Below, piece by piece: positions 14,598 to 27,622 of a stretch of 64,000 nucleotides of DNA (its first letter is position 1; each line of letters begins with the position of its first letter). The stretch is from Macrostomum lignano (Eukaryota). Made by a program: the position numbers and the translations under genes. The DNA lies in contig NIVC01000573.1 in assembly GCA_002269645.1 (NCBI GenBank), positions 467,928-531,927 on the forward strand. The letters run 5' to 3'. Under the pieces are notes generated by a model, which was given only the letters and a program-made list of their open reading frames with translations, did no database searches and had not been told where the DNA came from.

Positions 14598-16373
14598 GGG
14601 ATAGCGACGTTTGCCTGCGGGACGTTTGCCAGCCGACATTTGCCAGCCGACGTTTGCCAGCCGACGTTTGCCAGTGGGACGTTTGCCAGCCGAAGTTTGC
14701 CTGCCGGACGTTTGCCAGCCGACGTTTGCCTGCGGGACGTTTGCCAGCCGACATTTGCCAGCCGACGTTTGCCAGCCGACGTTTGCCAGCGGGATGTTTG
14801 CCAGCCGAAGTTTGCCTGCCGGACGTTTGCCTGCCGGACGTTTGCCAGCCGACGTTTGCCAGCCGACGTTTGCCTGCCGGAAGTTTGCCAGCCAAAATTT
14901 GCTAGCCAATATAAAGCCAGTCAGTGAAAAATTTGATACTGAAACATTCGCAGTTTAGCGGTTTGACAAAAACCATTTTTACTCCAACTTTTTGACGGTT
15001 ATTCGCATGTATACAAGTTTGAAAGCAAATCTATAAATTATGCAGTTCATCAGTCTAACGTCTAATATCTATTTTATCAACGATTTTGGCACAACATATC
15101 AAAAGATGAACATTGGGTTTGCCTCGTATGAAAGCAATAACAATTGTTGTGCTGAAAAGATGAAAACTTCCTATCTCCCTATGGCCTTCAAAACATTTTT
15201 CATAGATTTCGAGTGCTGCGTACTTCTACTTTAGTAGTCCTTGGCGTGACTAAGCTTTGCATACGTAGTGTCTAGCGCTTGCTATTCTACTAGCTTGCTA
15301 CTGGCGGCTTGTCTGGCTATTCAGCTATATAGCTTACTATAAAAACGTACCGCATTCGACTCGTCTACACATGTACGTTGAGATCGCGGTTTCCTGGCTT
15401 ACTTGAGTAGTAATACAACAGAATTGGAATCAATTTGCTTACTTTTGGATCTCCCCATGAACTGAGAAATATATGAGCCAGAATTACCGCTCAGCAGCTC
15501 TTTTTGTTTGCCTCATAACTTAATCGCTGGAGATTCCCGTTGTAATCTGCGCGTCTTCTTTCGCACATCAAAAATCAAACATCTCAAACTGGGAAAAACG
15601 ATACACAATTGCCAAAAGTAAACAATATATTCACATTCAAAGAAAATCGTTGTTAAACTGGATATTAGATGTAAATCTATATAAATTGCATAATTTATAT
15701 AGATTTTGCATAAATTTCATAATTTATATATTTTGCTTTCAAACTTGTATACATGCGAATAACCGTCAAAAAGTTGGAGTAAAAACGGTTTTTGTCAAAC
15801 CGCTAAACTGCGAATGTTTCAGTATCAAATTTTTCACTGACTGGCTTTATATTGGCTAGCAAATTTTGGCTGGCAAACTTCCGGCAGGCAAACGTCGGCT
15901 GGCAAACGTCGGCTGGCAAACGTCCGGCAGGCAAACGTCGGCTGGCAAACGTAGGCTGGCAAATGTCGGCTGGCAAATGTCGGCTGGCAAACGTCGGCTG
16001 GCAAACGTCGGCTGGCAAACGTCCGGCAGGCAAACGTCGGCTGGCAAACGTCGGCTGGCAAATGTCGGCTGGCAAATGTCGGCTGGCAAACGTCGGCTGG
16101 CAAACGTCGGCTGGCAAATGTCGGCTGGCAAATGTCGGCTGGCAAATGTCGGCTGGCAAATGTCGGCTGGCAAACGTCGGCTGGCAAACGTCGGCTGGCA
16201 AACGTCGGCTGGCAAACGTCCCGCAGGCAAACGTCCGGCAGGCAAACTTCGGCTGGCAAACGTCCCGCTGGCAAACGTCGGCTGGCAAACGTCGGCTGGC
16301 AAATGTCGGCTGGCAAACGTCCCGCAGGCAAACGTCGGCTGGCAAACGTCCCGCAGGCAAACGTCGTAGACCC
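14598..16373. mobile_element. Non-autonomous foldback/Mutator-like DNA transposon with long TIRs containing internal tandem repeats
   Basis: Inverted arms at about 14598-15085 and 15644-16373 made of gccagccgacgttt repeats plus a shared unique segment; termini GGGATAGCGACG and revcomp GGGTCTACGACG; 9-bp direct repeat TTTTCAATG at 14589-14597 and 16374-16382; no transposase in the ~550-bp core. Confidence 0.85.
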
Positions 16374-17029
16374 TTTTCAATGATAATATTAAGATTTCAT
16401 TAATTAATTAATCCCACCAAGGCACAGTGAAGTGTACTCGTATACGTGCCTAACGATAAGTTAATAGGGCCGCTGAACACTCCTGTGTTGTGAGTGTGTG
16501 CCTGTGCGTATGGGCAGTAATGCCTCCTGCCGGTTGGCAGTGGCAATATGTCGCTTAAAGTAAAGTGCACCAAGGTGCACACAGCCCCTGACTCTTATCT
16601 AATTAAATTTGAAATGCTGGTTGAGATCATTGAAACAAGCGACAGGCATAACCGCGTGCTTTCAACAACAATTTTTGATGAATAATAATCTTTGAAGAAA
16701 GAATTTTGCTGCAGGCAATCTCCAGTCGAGAACAGTTCATGAAATGTTTATTTCCTTTTCCTGTGTTGTAAAAAATCCTGGACAAATCCATGCACAGAGT
16801 TCGGAGATTTCTGTCATAATCCAGAGTTCAAGGGGGTCAGTTGCCCTCACGTTGAAATGCGGGATCACATGTTCCCTAAAAAATTTTTTTTGCCGCGCTA
16901 ACTTTGACTTTAAAGCAGAACCAAAAATATCTTTGAAAAGTTCCACGGCCTCTTAAAACTTCCTGTCTTACTACTGAAGGCATGTTGAAGCAAATTCGAG
17001 CCTTTTCACATCAATTTTACTCATTTGAG

Positions 17030-17220
17030 GAGTGCCTCAACTACAGGACTGGGAGTGCCTCAACTACAGGACAGGGAGTGCCTCAACTACAGGACAGGGA
17101 GTGCCTCAACTACAGGACAGGGATCGTGCCTTAACTACATAACTGGCTTGGGAGCTATAGAGCTTCAACTACAGGAATGGGCTGGGCGTGCCTCAACTAC
17201 AGGATTGAAATGCCTTAACT
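17030..17220 (+). repeat. Short degenerate tandem repeat (gggagtgcctcaactacaggaca)
   Basis: Several direct copies visible. Confidence 0.8.
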
Positions 17221-20200
17221 GCCCAACCCACTGGATTTCTGCACTTTGGCCCGCGTCGGTTACAGCAGCCCAGTAGTAACTTCTGTATTCAAATGTTTTT
17301 TCTGCCACAGTGCGGAAAAACAAAAAATCAGAGATAACGACAGATATTCTTACGTATCAAATGTAGACAACTGCGTAAGATTGGATTTGGAGAAAAATCC
17401 AAAATTTGGAAATTCAAAATGCAAATTCTAAGAAAATACAAAATCTAAATTTTGAATTGGATATGATTAGATTCGTCCTAAGTTCGGTTTTTTATGCTGC
17501 AGCAAACCTCGTGGCCCCTTCTGGGGTCTTACCTCCTGGGCTTCTCTCACTTACTGCACTGACCACTCACGCGCTAGACTGTGCATGCATTAAATTTTCG
17601 TGTCATCACTGTGACGTGACAGAATTTCATCAGCTAAAAAATGTAAGCATAGCAATTTATCAGGCGTCTTGTCATAAGCCAACGCCTTGAAGTATACAGC
17701 GGTCCATATTTAAATGCGCAAAAAATTTTAAGGTTAATTTTTCTGCTTTTTATTTTGAACTATAGGCTTTCATATCAGGATTTTAATTCATTGGCCCTTT
17801 TGTTAACTTTGCGTAATTTTTAAAATATCACTTTCTTGGAATCATCGGTCAAGTCCGCCAGTAGTCGACTCAACACTGAACCAACCCGTCAGGCCGTCAA
17901 TACAATATCATATGCCAATACAATAAATCCTCGGCCTCGTTTACTGATAGATATACGTTTTTATACAAATTGAAATCCGCGAAGGTAAATTTACCTTCAT
18001 TAAATGTCATTATCAATATCAATCTAATCTAATCTTGTTATCGTGGCACGTGTGTTGTAGTGTTGGCCTATTCTTGGCTTACTATGCCTATGCGGGCCGG
18101 CTAGGCCTATGCCTATGGTACCAGTACCAGGCGCCAGGCGGCCCAGGCCTAAATAGACCAAGTTTTGTTTGGTATTAAGGCAATAAATATACTGCCTCAT
18201 ACTCAGTGCTTTATTCATTAATGCTATGCTATACCAGCTATACAGTATAATATACTGTATAATATACTGTATAGCTGGTACAGATACTGTCAAAAAATTG
18301 CATACTTATGGGCATGGCATAGCCTGCAGCCCTTGTGCTTTGGCCCCTGGACAAAATTTAAATTTTATTTTGTTTTGAATACTTGGCCTACTTTTGAATT
18401 TTATAGAGATTCATATACCTTACTTAACTTAGTAGTTGCATTGTTTTATCATTTCAGGGTTATATTGCCAAACTCCTAACTATATTATATTCTTTATATA
18501 ACTTTATTTTTAACAATGTTAAACCATCATTATTAAAATGTATATAGTGGGAGTAGGGTGGCTATACACTGGACAACAAGCAGAATAAAATGGCTAACCA
18601 AGGGATGAAAAGTAAGTAGGTCATCATCATCAATGGAATCATGCCATTTGCTTAGTTTGTGATATGCATTGGCTAGGCCTATATATATTTAGGTATAGGT
18701 CATTTTGTTTGCTATTGGTTTTTTTGCTGGAGGTCCATGCTAATTAGCTAAGGTAGATAGTTTGTTTGCTAGGCCTATTATGTCCAATAAAAACAATATT
18801 TAGCAATAAAGCTATGAAGTATATATTAGTGCAAAGAGTAGTATTTGTGGCAAAAAAGCATTTTTACCATTTAGTACTAAAATTTTTAGTACTACTTTTT
18901 TAATGAATATAGATTTATCTCAAGTTTTGAATGAATATTTTAGTAGAAATTTTGTACAAAGTACAGAGTTCATATAGTTTCTCTATATATTTCTTGTAGT
19001 GCTGTGAAGTGCAATGAATTAAAATTCATCACATTGTCAAAGGTTATGCTACAAAATGTTGTAAAGCTTAAATTTAAAGTTTAAAATCACAGTTCAAATA
19101 AAAGCTAAATTATGCAAGATCAATCAATATCTCTTTAAAGTTTGTAAACAAACTATAATAATTTTTAACAATTGATATAAAAACCAATCAGCCAAAGTTA
19201 TATCCATCCTTTCAGTCATGAATCTAACATTCTAACTACTGCACTAGGCAGATAGAGGCATTTAATAACAAATTGTAATTTTCTATAAGTTTACTTGTAA
19301 AGATAGGCCTAGGCCTATTTATATTTAAATGACATAATGTATATTGTATAATCATTTTTAGTATTGCAATATTGCATTTGGCAATTTTGTTACACACCCT
19401 TGGCCTTTGATCAATCTGTAGCAAATATATATTTATCAATATATTTTTTGTTTTATTAGATCCCTGTAGTTTAGATAGATACACAACTTATTTTTAGTAT
19501 AGTAGATTGTGATATCTTCTCACTTGCTTATAGTTTTTGTCAGTTTATCAAAAATAGAAAAATATTTATAGAAAAGATATTCATTTGATTAATGGCCATT
19601 AGAGTAATAAATTGAGCATATTTTAGATTTAAGTATATATACTTTATTCAATTTTTTTATTACATTCTTTCTTGGCTTGCCACAAGGGGGGGCACTGATA
19701 GAAGAAGAGTCATGTAAAAAAGAAAAGAAGCACTATGTATACATAAAAGTCATGTCAAAGTTAAAATATTCATTTGGGAATTGCGACGATGTCAAGGCTT
19801 GGAGGGAATTGTTATAAGTACTGTGATTATTAAAGAAGAAATCACTAAAATGTCAAGGCTTAGGAAAAAAGAATTGCTGAGATTTCAAGGCTTTTATACT
19901 TTGGGTTAAAGTTAGGTTTAGGTCAGGTTTGGGTTGAGGATTAGATTTTAGCGGGTTTCAAGGTCATACATGCGCAACCTCCAAAATTCGGTCGGCCGTG
20001 CGAATTAGTTTTAACAAAAATGCGAAAAAACCCTAAAGCAAAATTAACGCAACTTAGGGTAAACGGCAGGAGTAACTTATTAAGCCAAAATGCCTCGTCA
20101 GCTACTTAGTACTACTACTTGGGTGTTATTTTGGGTGGGCATTTTTGCGACTTCCTTGGTTGGCCGCCAAATCGGTTGGCCAGATTGGCCGACTTGGCCG

Positions 20201-20887
20201 ACTGTTGGGCATGTATGTTCAAGGTTAACAGGGGATTTTTTATATTTCAAAGGTTTATGGGAGGCATTGCTGACATGTCAAGGCTCACGGGGGTATAAAT
20301 GAGATATCAAGGCTAAAGTCAGAAGCACATGTAGTTTATTGAAAACTTTTTATTACATTATTTGTTGGCTCTTCACGGGAGGGATTGCTGATAGAAAAGG
20401 TGTAATGTAAAAAAATAAAAGAAGCTTCATGTCAAAGTTAAGAGATTCATTTGGGAATCCATACGATGTCAAGGCTTGTAGGGAATTGCTATAATGCTGT
20501 AGTAGTGCTATAATTACTCTCGGAGAGTATTACTGAAATGTCAATGGTTTAGGGTTAGGATTAGGGTTAGGCTAGGGTTAGAAAGTAGACAGATTTTTTA
20601 AGATTTCAAGGCTTATGGGGGCATCGCTGAGATGTCAAGGGGGGTTGATATGTTAAGGCTTGTGGGAGGAATTGCTGACATGTCAAGGCTTACAAGGGAC
20701 TGCTGGGGTAAAATGCAAAGAGACACTACATGTAGTTTATTAAAACAACTTGTACTGCATTTTTTTGGCTCCCCAATGGGGGGCGCTGATTGCTAGTTGG
20801 TATCTATCTACTTCCTTGCATCATATGATTCAGGGTCATTTAAAAAAGATACATAATCTCAATTTCAGTGAAAAGTAATTAAATACT

Positions 20888-23800
20888 ATGGCTGCTTATC
20901 CTCCACAACATCCTGCTGGGGCTCCATTGTAAGTTGTTTGTCACCCCTTGACTATGAGTCAATACCAAGTAGATGACTGAATTTAAATCGAATTATTGCT
21001 GGTTTCTAATCAATATATTTTCTGCCTCCTAGGCCTCAAAGTGGCGGGCACCCTAATGAAGCCTCAAGCTCAGGTTATCAGCCCAACAGGCAGCTGCAGC
21101 AAACGCGGGCCCAGGTAGATGAGGTAAAGCTTCGATTCAAATTTTTTTAAACTTTTTTTTAATTTTTTTTTAACTTTTATTTGTAGAAAATATCGTATTT
21201 GAAAAGAATTTCTTTTTTATTGCTGATTTCTTATATTCTGGGGTCATGATTTCTCATGTCCTCAATTCATGACCTTTGATTTCCTAAAGTCATGATTTCT
21301 CATATCCTGAAGTCATGATTTCTCATATCCTGAAGTCATGATTTCTCATGTCCTGAAGTCATGATTTCTCATATCCTGAAGTCATGATTTCTCATATCCT
21401 GAAGTCATGATTTCTCATATCCTGAAGTCATGATTTCTCATATCCTGAAGTCATGATTTCTCATATCCTGAAGTCATGATTTCTCATATCCTGAAGTCAT
21501 GATTTCTCATATCCTGAACCCATGATTTCTCATATCCTGAAGTCATGATTTCTCATATCCTGAAGTCATGATTTCTCATATCCTGAAGTCATGATTTCTC
21601 ATATCCTGAAGTCATGATTTCTCATGTCCTGGGTCATAAGCTCTCATGTCCTGAATTCATGATTTTCATGTCTTTAATTCATGATTTATTATGTCCTTGG
21701 GTCATGATTTCTTATGCCCGCGATTTTGATTTCTCATATCCTGGGATCATGATTTCTGATATCATAGTGTTATTAGTTCTCATGCCCTAGTGTAATTTGT
21801 TAATTGGTGACACTCGAGCACCTTCACCCCAACACCCTGGGCCGCAGGTTGTGGACATTATGCGACTCAATGTGGAGAAAGTGCTCGATCGAGACGCCAA
21901 AATTTCGAACTTGGACGATCGGGCCGGTGAGTGGGCGAGTTTTTTATCCATTCGTAGCATTCACGTTTGTGCCAAATTAACATATTTAGTATATGGGTAT
22001 TGCGAAAATTACCGTAGGATATTTAGATCTGTAATTGACCACTGCGTTTTGTAAAGCATTTATGCTGTGGATGTTTGTTTAGATGCTTATATCTGGAAAA
22101 ATTGATGTTGTTTGACTCAACTTTATAGCTTGTGCCTTATCGATCCTATTAAAGCCTGACCCTAATTGACCCCTTTACCTGACCCTAATTGACCCCTTTA
22201 CCTGACCCTAATTGACCCCTTTACCTGACCCTAATTGACCCACTTACCTGACCCTAATTGACCCCTTTACCTGACCCTAATTGACCCCTTTACCTGACCC
22301 TAATTGACCCACTTACCTGACCCTAATTGACCCCTTTACCTGACCCTAATTGACCCCTTTACCTGACCCTAATTGACCCCTTTACCTGACCCTAATTGAC
22401 CCCTTTACCTGACCCTAATTGACCCCTTTACCTGACCCTAATTGACCCCTTTACCTGACCCTAATTGACCCCTTTACCTGACCCTAATTGACCCCTTTAC
22501 CTGACCCTAATTGACCCCTTTACCTGACCCTAATTGGTCCCTTTACCTGACCCTAATTGGTCCCTTTACCTGACCCTAATTGACCCCTTTACCTGACCCT
22601 AATTGACCCCCTTACCTGACCCTAATTGACCCCTTTACCTGACCCTAATTGACCCCTTTACCTGACCCTAATTGACCCCTTTACCTGACCCTAATTGACC
22701 CCTTTACCTGACCCTAATTGGTCCCTTTACCTGACCCTAATTGACCCCTTTACCTGACCCTAATTGGTCCCTTTACCTGACCCTAATTGGTCCCTTTACC
22801 TAACCCTAGTTGACCCCTTTACCTGACCCTAATTGACCCCTTTACCTGCCCTTAATTAATCTCAATTCATACTGGCTTCCGAAGTTCCGAATTCGAACCC
22901 CCAACCTCGCCTCCCTGCTGCCCATCTCGCAGCCGAGCTGTCCATTGGCTCTCAGCAGTTCGTGGCCACAACAACGCGAATTCAGCGGAAATACTTCTGG
23001 CAGAATGTCAAGGTAAAGCAGCTGCGCTCTTAGTCTTTACCCAATAATCCAATTACCTGTTTACTTGCGTTCCTCAGTTTAGTTTGTCAGTTGATTATTA
23101 GCTACTGTATTAGCACACAGACTGGTTACCCTTGCTTAATCAGATTAATCCCAATCTCAGCATGAAGGGTTCCTCAATTTTTGTTTTTTGCTGTTTTTTC
23201 CGTTCCGTACTCTGTCTGTTGAGCCATAGTCAGGCTTTAATCTTCTTGTTGCTTTCATTTGAGCCCACATTGGCATCTGACTCATTTCAGATGATGATCA
23301 TCATTGGAGTGATTGTGGCCATTCTCATCATAATTATTATTGGTGAGGTTTTGCAAATGAATTGTTGGCTGTGGGAAAGGCCCAATCAGAAGGTGGGGCA
23401 GGTGATAACCAATCAGAAGACAGGGGCAGGTAATGGCCAATCAGAAGGTGGGAGCAGGTGACGGCCAATTAGGAGACGGGGTGATGGCCAATCAGGAGAG
23501 GGGAGTGATGGCCAATTAAAAGACAGGGACAGGTGATAGCCAATCAAGACACAGGGGGGCAGGTGACGGCCAATCACCTGAACCATTTCAAACCAAACCA
23601 CAGGGGGCAGGTGACGGCCAATCAGGAGACGGGGGGCAGGTGATGGCCAATCAGGAGACGGGGGGCAGGTGATGGCCAATCAGGAGAGGGGAGTGATGGC
23701 CAATTAAAAGACAGGGACAGGTGATAGCCAATCAAGACACAGGGGGGCAGGTGACGGCCAATCACCTGAACCATTTCAAACCAAACCACAGGGGGCAGGT

Positions 23801-24698
23801 GACGGCCAATCAGGAGACGGGGGGCAGGTGATGGCCAATCAGGAGACGGGGGGCAGGTGATGGCCAATCAGGAGACGGGATGCAGGTGATGGCCAATCAG
23901 GAGATGGGGGGCAGGTGACGGCCAATCAAGACACAGGGGGCAGGTGACGGCCAATCAGGAGATGGGGGGCAGGTGACGGCCAATCAAGACACAGGGGGCA
24001 GGTGACGGCCAATCAAGACACAGGGGGCAGGTGACGGCCAATCAGGAGACGGGGGGCAGGTGATGGCCAATCAGGAGATGGGGGCAGGTGATGGCCAATC
24101 AGGACACAGGGGGCAGGTGATTGCCAATCAGCAGACGGGGGGCAGGTGATGGCCAATTAGGACACAAGGGGCAGGTGATAGCCAATCAGCAGACGGGGGG
24201 CAGGTGATGGCCAATCAGCAGACAGGGGGCAGGTGATGGCCAATTAGGACACAGGGGGCAGGTGATGGCCAATTAGGACACAGGGAGCAGGTGCTGGCCA
24301 ATCAGCAGACGGGGGGCAGGTGATGGCCAATCAGCAGACGGGGGGCAGGTGATGGCCAATCAGCAGACGGGGGGCAGGTGATGGCCAATTAGGACACAGG
24401 GAGCAGGTGATGGCCAATCAGCAGACGGGGAGCAGGTGCTGGCCAATCAGCAGACAGGAGGCAGGTGATGGCCAATTAGGACACAGGGAGCAGGTGATGG
24501 CCAATCAGCAGACGGGGGCAGGTGATGGCCAATCAGGAGACGTGGGGTGATGGCTAATCACCTCAGTCAATCATGAGAATGGCCAATCAGGTGAAAAATA
24601 TTTTGTACCATTTACAAGTTAAGGTATCGATTAATATTTTTTAAATGTAACGGTTTACATTTCAAACCAAATTTTCAGTTGCCATTGCAAATAAGTGA
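20888..24698 (+). CDS. VAMP2: Synaptobrevin/VAMP1-2-3-like R-SNARE, 6 exons, about 120 aa
   Basis: Exons 20888-20928, 21033-21123, 21848-21926, 22933-23012, 23291-23342, 24679-24698, all GT-AG and in frame. Product contains [39 protein letters not shown]...[26 protein letters not shown] (SNARE motif plus TM). First and last exons less certain; exact paralogue not resolvable. Confidence 0.92.
21290..21630 (+). repeat. 23-bp intronic minisatellite (gtcatgatttctcatatcctgaa)
   Basis: Tandem copies within VAMP intron 2. Confidence 0.95.
22156..22848 (+). repeat. 23-bp intronic minisatellite (ctgaccctaattgacccctttac)
   Basis: About 30 tandem copies in VAMP intron 3. Confidence 0.95.
23380..24545 (+). 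repeat. About 28-bp intronic minisatellite (ggggcaggtgatggccaatcaggagacg) with a higher-order duplication
   Basis: Tandem copies in the last VAMP intron. Confidence 0.93.
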
Positions 24699-25014
24699 CA
24701 GCCGAATGAATGAGTGCTAGGATTTGGTCAACGAATGCGCTGGAGATCTGTTTAGTTCGATCTTATGCAAACTTGCTGGCGACCAGTTCAAATTTTATAA
24801 ACATATTTTTTGTGTACATAGCATAGTGCTTCCGCCGAAACTAAATATTGTCTTCCGGAATCCGGATTTAAAAAATTCCTTCTTAGCGGCCAAATATTTT
24901 CTTATAGCTATTTTTGTTAGTATGAGTGTTTTGTTTAATTCAGTTGTTTCACTGATTTTTATTTCATTCTGCTGACCGCTTTTCCTGCGCTATTGCTGTC
25001 GCTGCTGAGGGATG

Positions 25015-25255
25015 AGAGCGGGGGAGACGAGAGGGGAGATAAGAGAGGGGAGACGAGAGGGGAGACGAGAGGGGAGATAAGAGAGGGGAGACGAGAGGGG
25101 AGATAAGAGAGGGGAGATAAGAGAGGGGAGACGAGAGGGGAGATAAGAGAGGGGAGACGAGAGGGGGATAAGAGAGGGGAGATGAGAGAGAGGAGATGAG
25201 AGTAAGAAGATGAGAGAGAAGATGTGATAGGAGATAAGAGAGGGGAGATGAGAGA
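25015..25255 (+). repeat. GA-rich low-complexity repeat
   Basis: gagaggggagac/gagaggggagataa units. Confidence 0.9.
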
Positions 25256-26236
25256 GAAAGAGGCACCAACACTGAAAACCATTTTTGCTGTGTCCGTTTA
25301 TTCTAGCCTAAATTTTCGGTCTAGCCTACTGATAATAACGCGCAGCGGAACTGCTTGGAAAATTTTCAGATTCTTTACAAGAATAATACTACAGAATGAT
25401 ATCCAGTCACTCATGTCAGCATTGTCTCAGTGGCAATCAGTGTTGGCACTGGAATATGAAAATTTATATTTTTATTTCTGCATCGGCCAAGTCTCGAAAA
25501 TAATTTTTATATCTGGATTTATTTATAAATTATTTCAATGAATCGCAGTTGCTTCTGGCAGAAATTACAGCTGAACTTCGTGTTTTATTCTGTATTGTTT
25601 TACTGCAAAAAGTCTCATTAGTTAAGCCTTTTACTATACATATCGGCACTTGCCAGTAATAAGGTGGTGCAGTGGTACCTCTTCCTCCCTCTGACCCTGT
25701 CCTGCATATCTAAGTATGCTTTTATGTCTGTCTTCCAATAAATTTATCGCCCAAATAATACAGTTTTAAATTGCGCTTGACAAAGTTGTTTACGCAACAT
25801 ATCGGCTCTAGTGTCCCATAGGCAGAGTGCCATCAAACATTGACAGGCAATTTATCTATTTCTGTCTGCACGTTGAGTCTCACCTACATGCCAGTTGCTT
25901 AAATGTATTTTTCGTTAGTCAGTGCAGATGATACGTATTTATGGAAAAATGTTTATAAATAAAAAGTGCCTAAAAATTAATTTATTAGCTTTTGTTAAAG
26001 CCTTTAAATAATTTTCTTTGCTTTAAACCATTCATTGTCCTGTAGTAATCAGTCCGTTATTAAGTCTTTATTTAAAAATTGAGTTGTTCAGACTTTCCAC
26101 CTCAATTTTTCACCAGTAAAGTCTGTCAAAATCTCACCATTATAGTCTCAAAATCTCACCATTCGAGTCTCTCTCAAAATCTCACCATTATAGGCTCAAA
26201 ATCTCACTATTTGAGTCTCTATCAAAATCTCAACCA

Positions 26237-26605
26237 CACCTGAAGGTCACATCTGAAGGTCACACCTGAAGGTCACACCTGAAGGTCACACCTGAAGGTC
26301 ACATCTGAAGGTCACACCTGAAGGTCACACCTGAAGGTCACACCTGAAGGTCACACCTGAAGGTCACACCTGAAGGTCACATCTGAAGGTCACACCTGAA
26401 GGTCACACCTGAAGGTCACACCTGAAGGTCACACCTGAAGGTCACACCTGAAGGTCACACCTTAAGGTCACACCTGAAGGTCACACCTGAAGGTCACATC
26501 TGAAGGTCACACCATAAGGTCACACCTGAAGGTCACATCTGAAAATCACACCTTAAGGTCACACCTTAAGGTCACACCTGAAGGTCACACCTGAAGGTCA
26601 AGGCC
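26237..26605 (+). repeat. 13-bp tandem repeat (cacacctgaaggt) just upstream of TP53RK
   Basis: Tandem copies read directly. Confidence 0.95.
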
Positions 26606-26687
26606 ACACCTAAATCTGTCATTGATGCTCTATCAGCAATGAAAAAGCAAATCTACTAAATTAAAGAAGTTTCTTGCCGACCCAGCC

Positions 26688-27622
<935 letters not shown>

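Noticed and set aside
14581-16403. ORFs with PTFASRRLPADVCQ / ANVGWQTSAGKR repeats
   Set aside because: They are open frames of the TIR tandem repeats on both strands.
20548-20582. TTAGGG-like interstitial telomeric tract
   Set aside because: Only a few degenerate units; too short to call.
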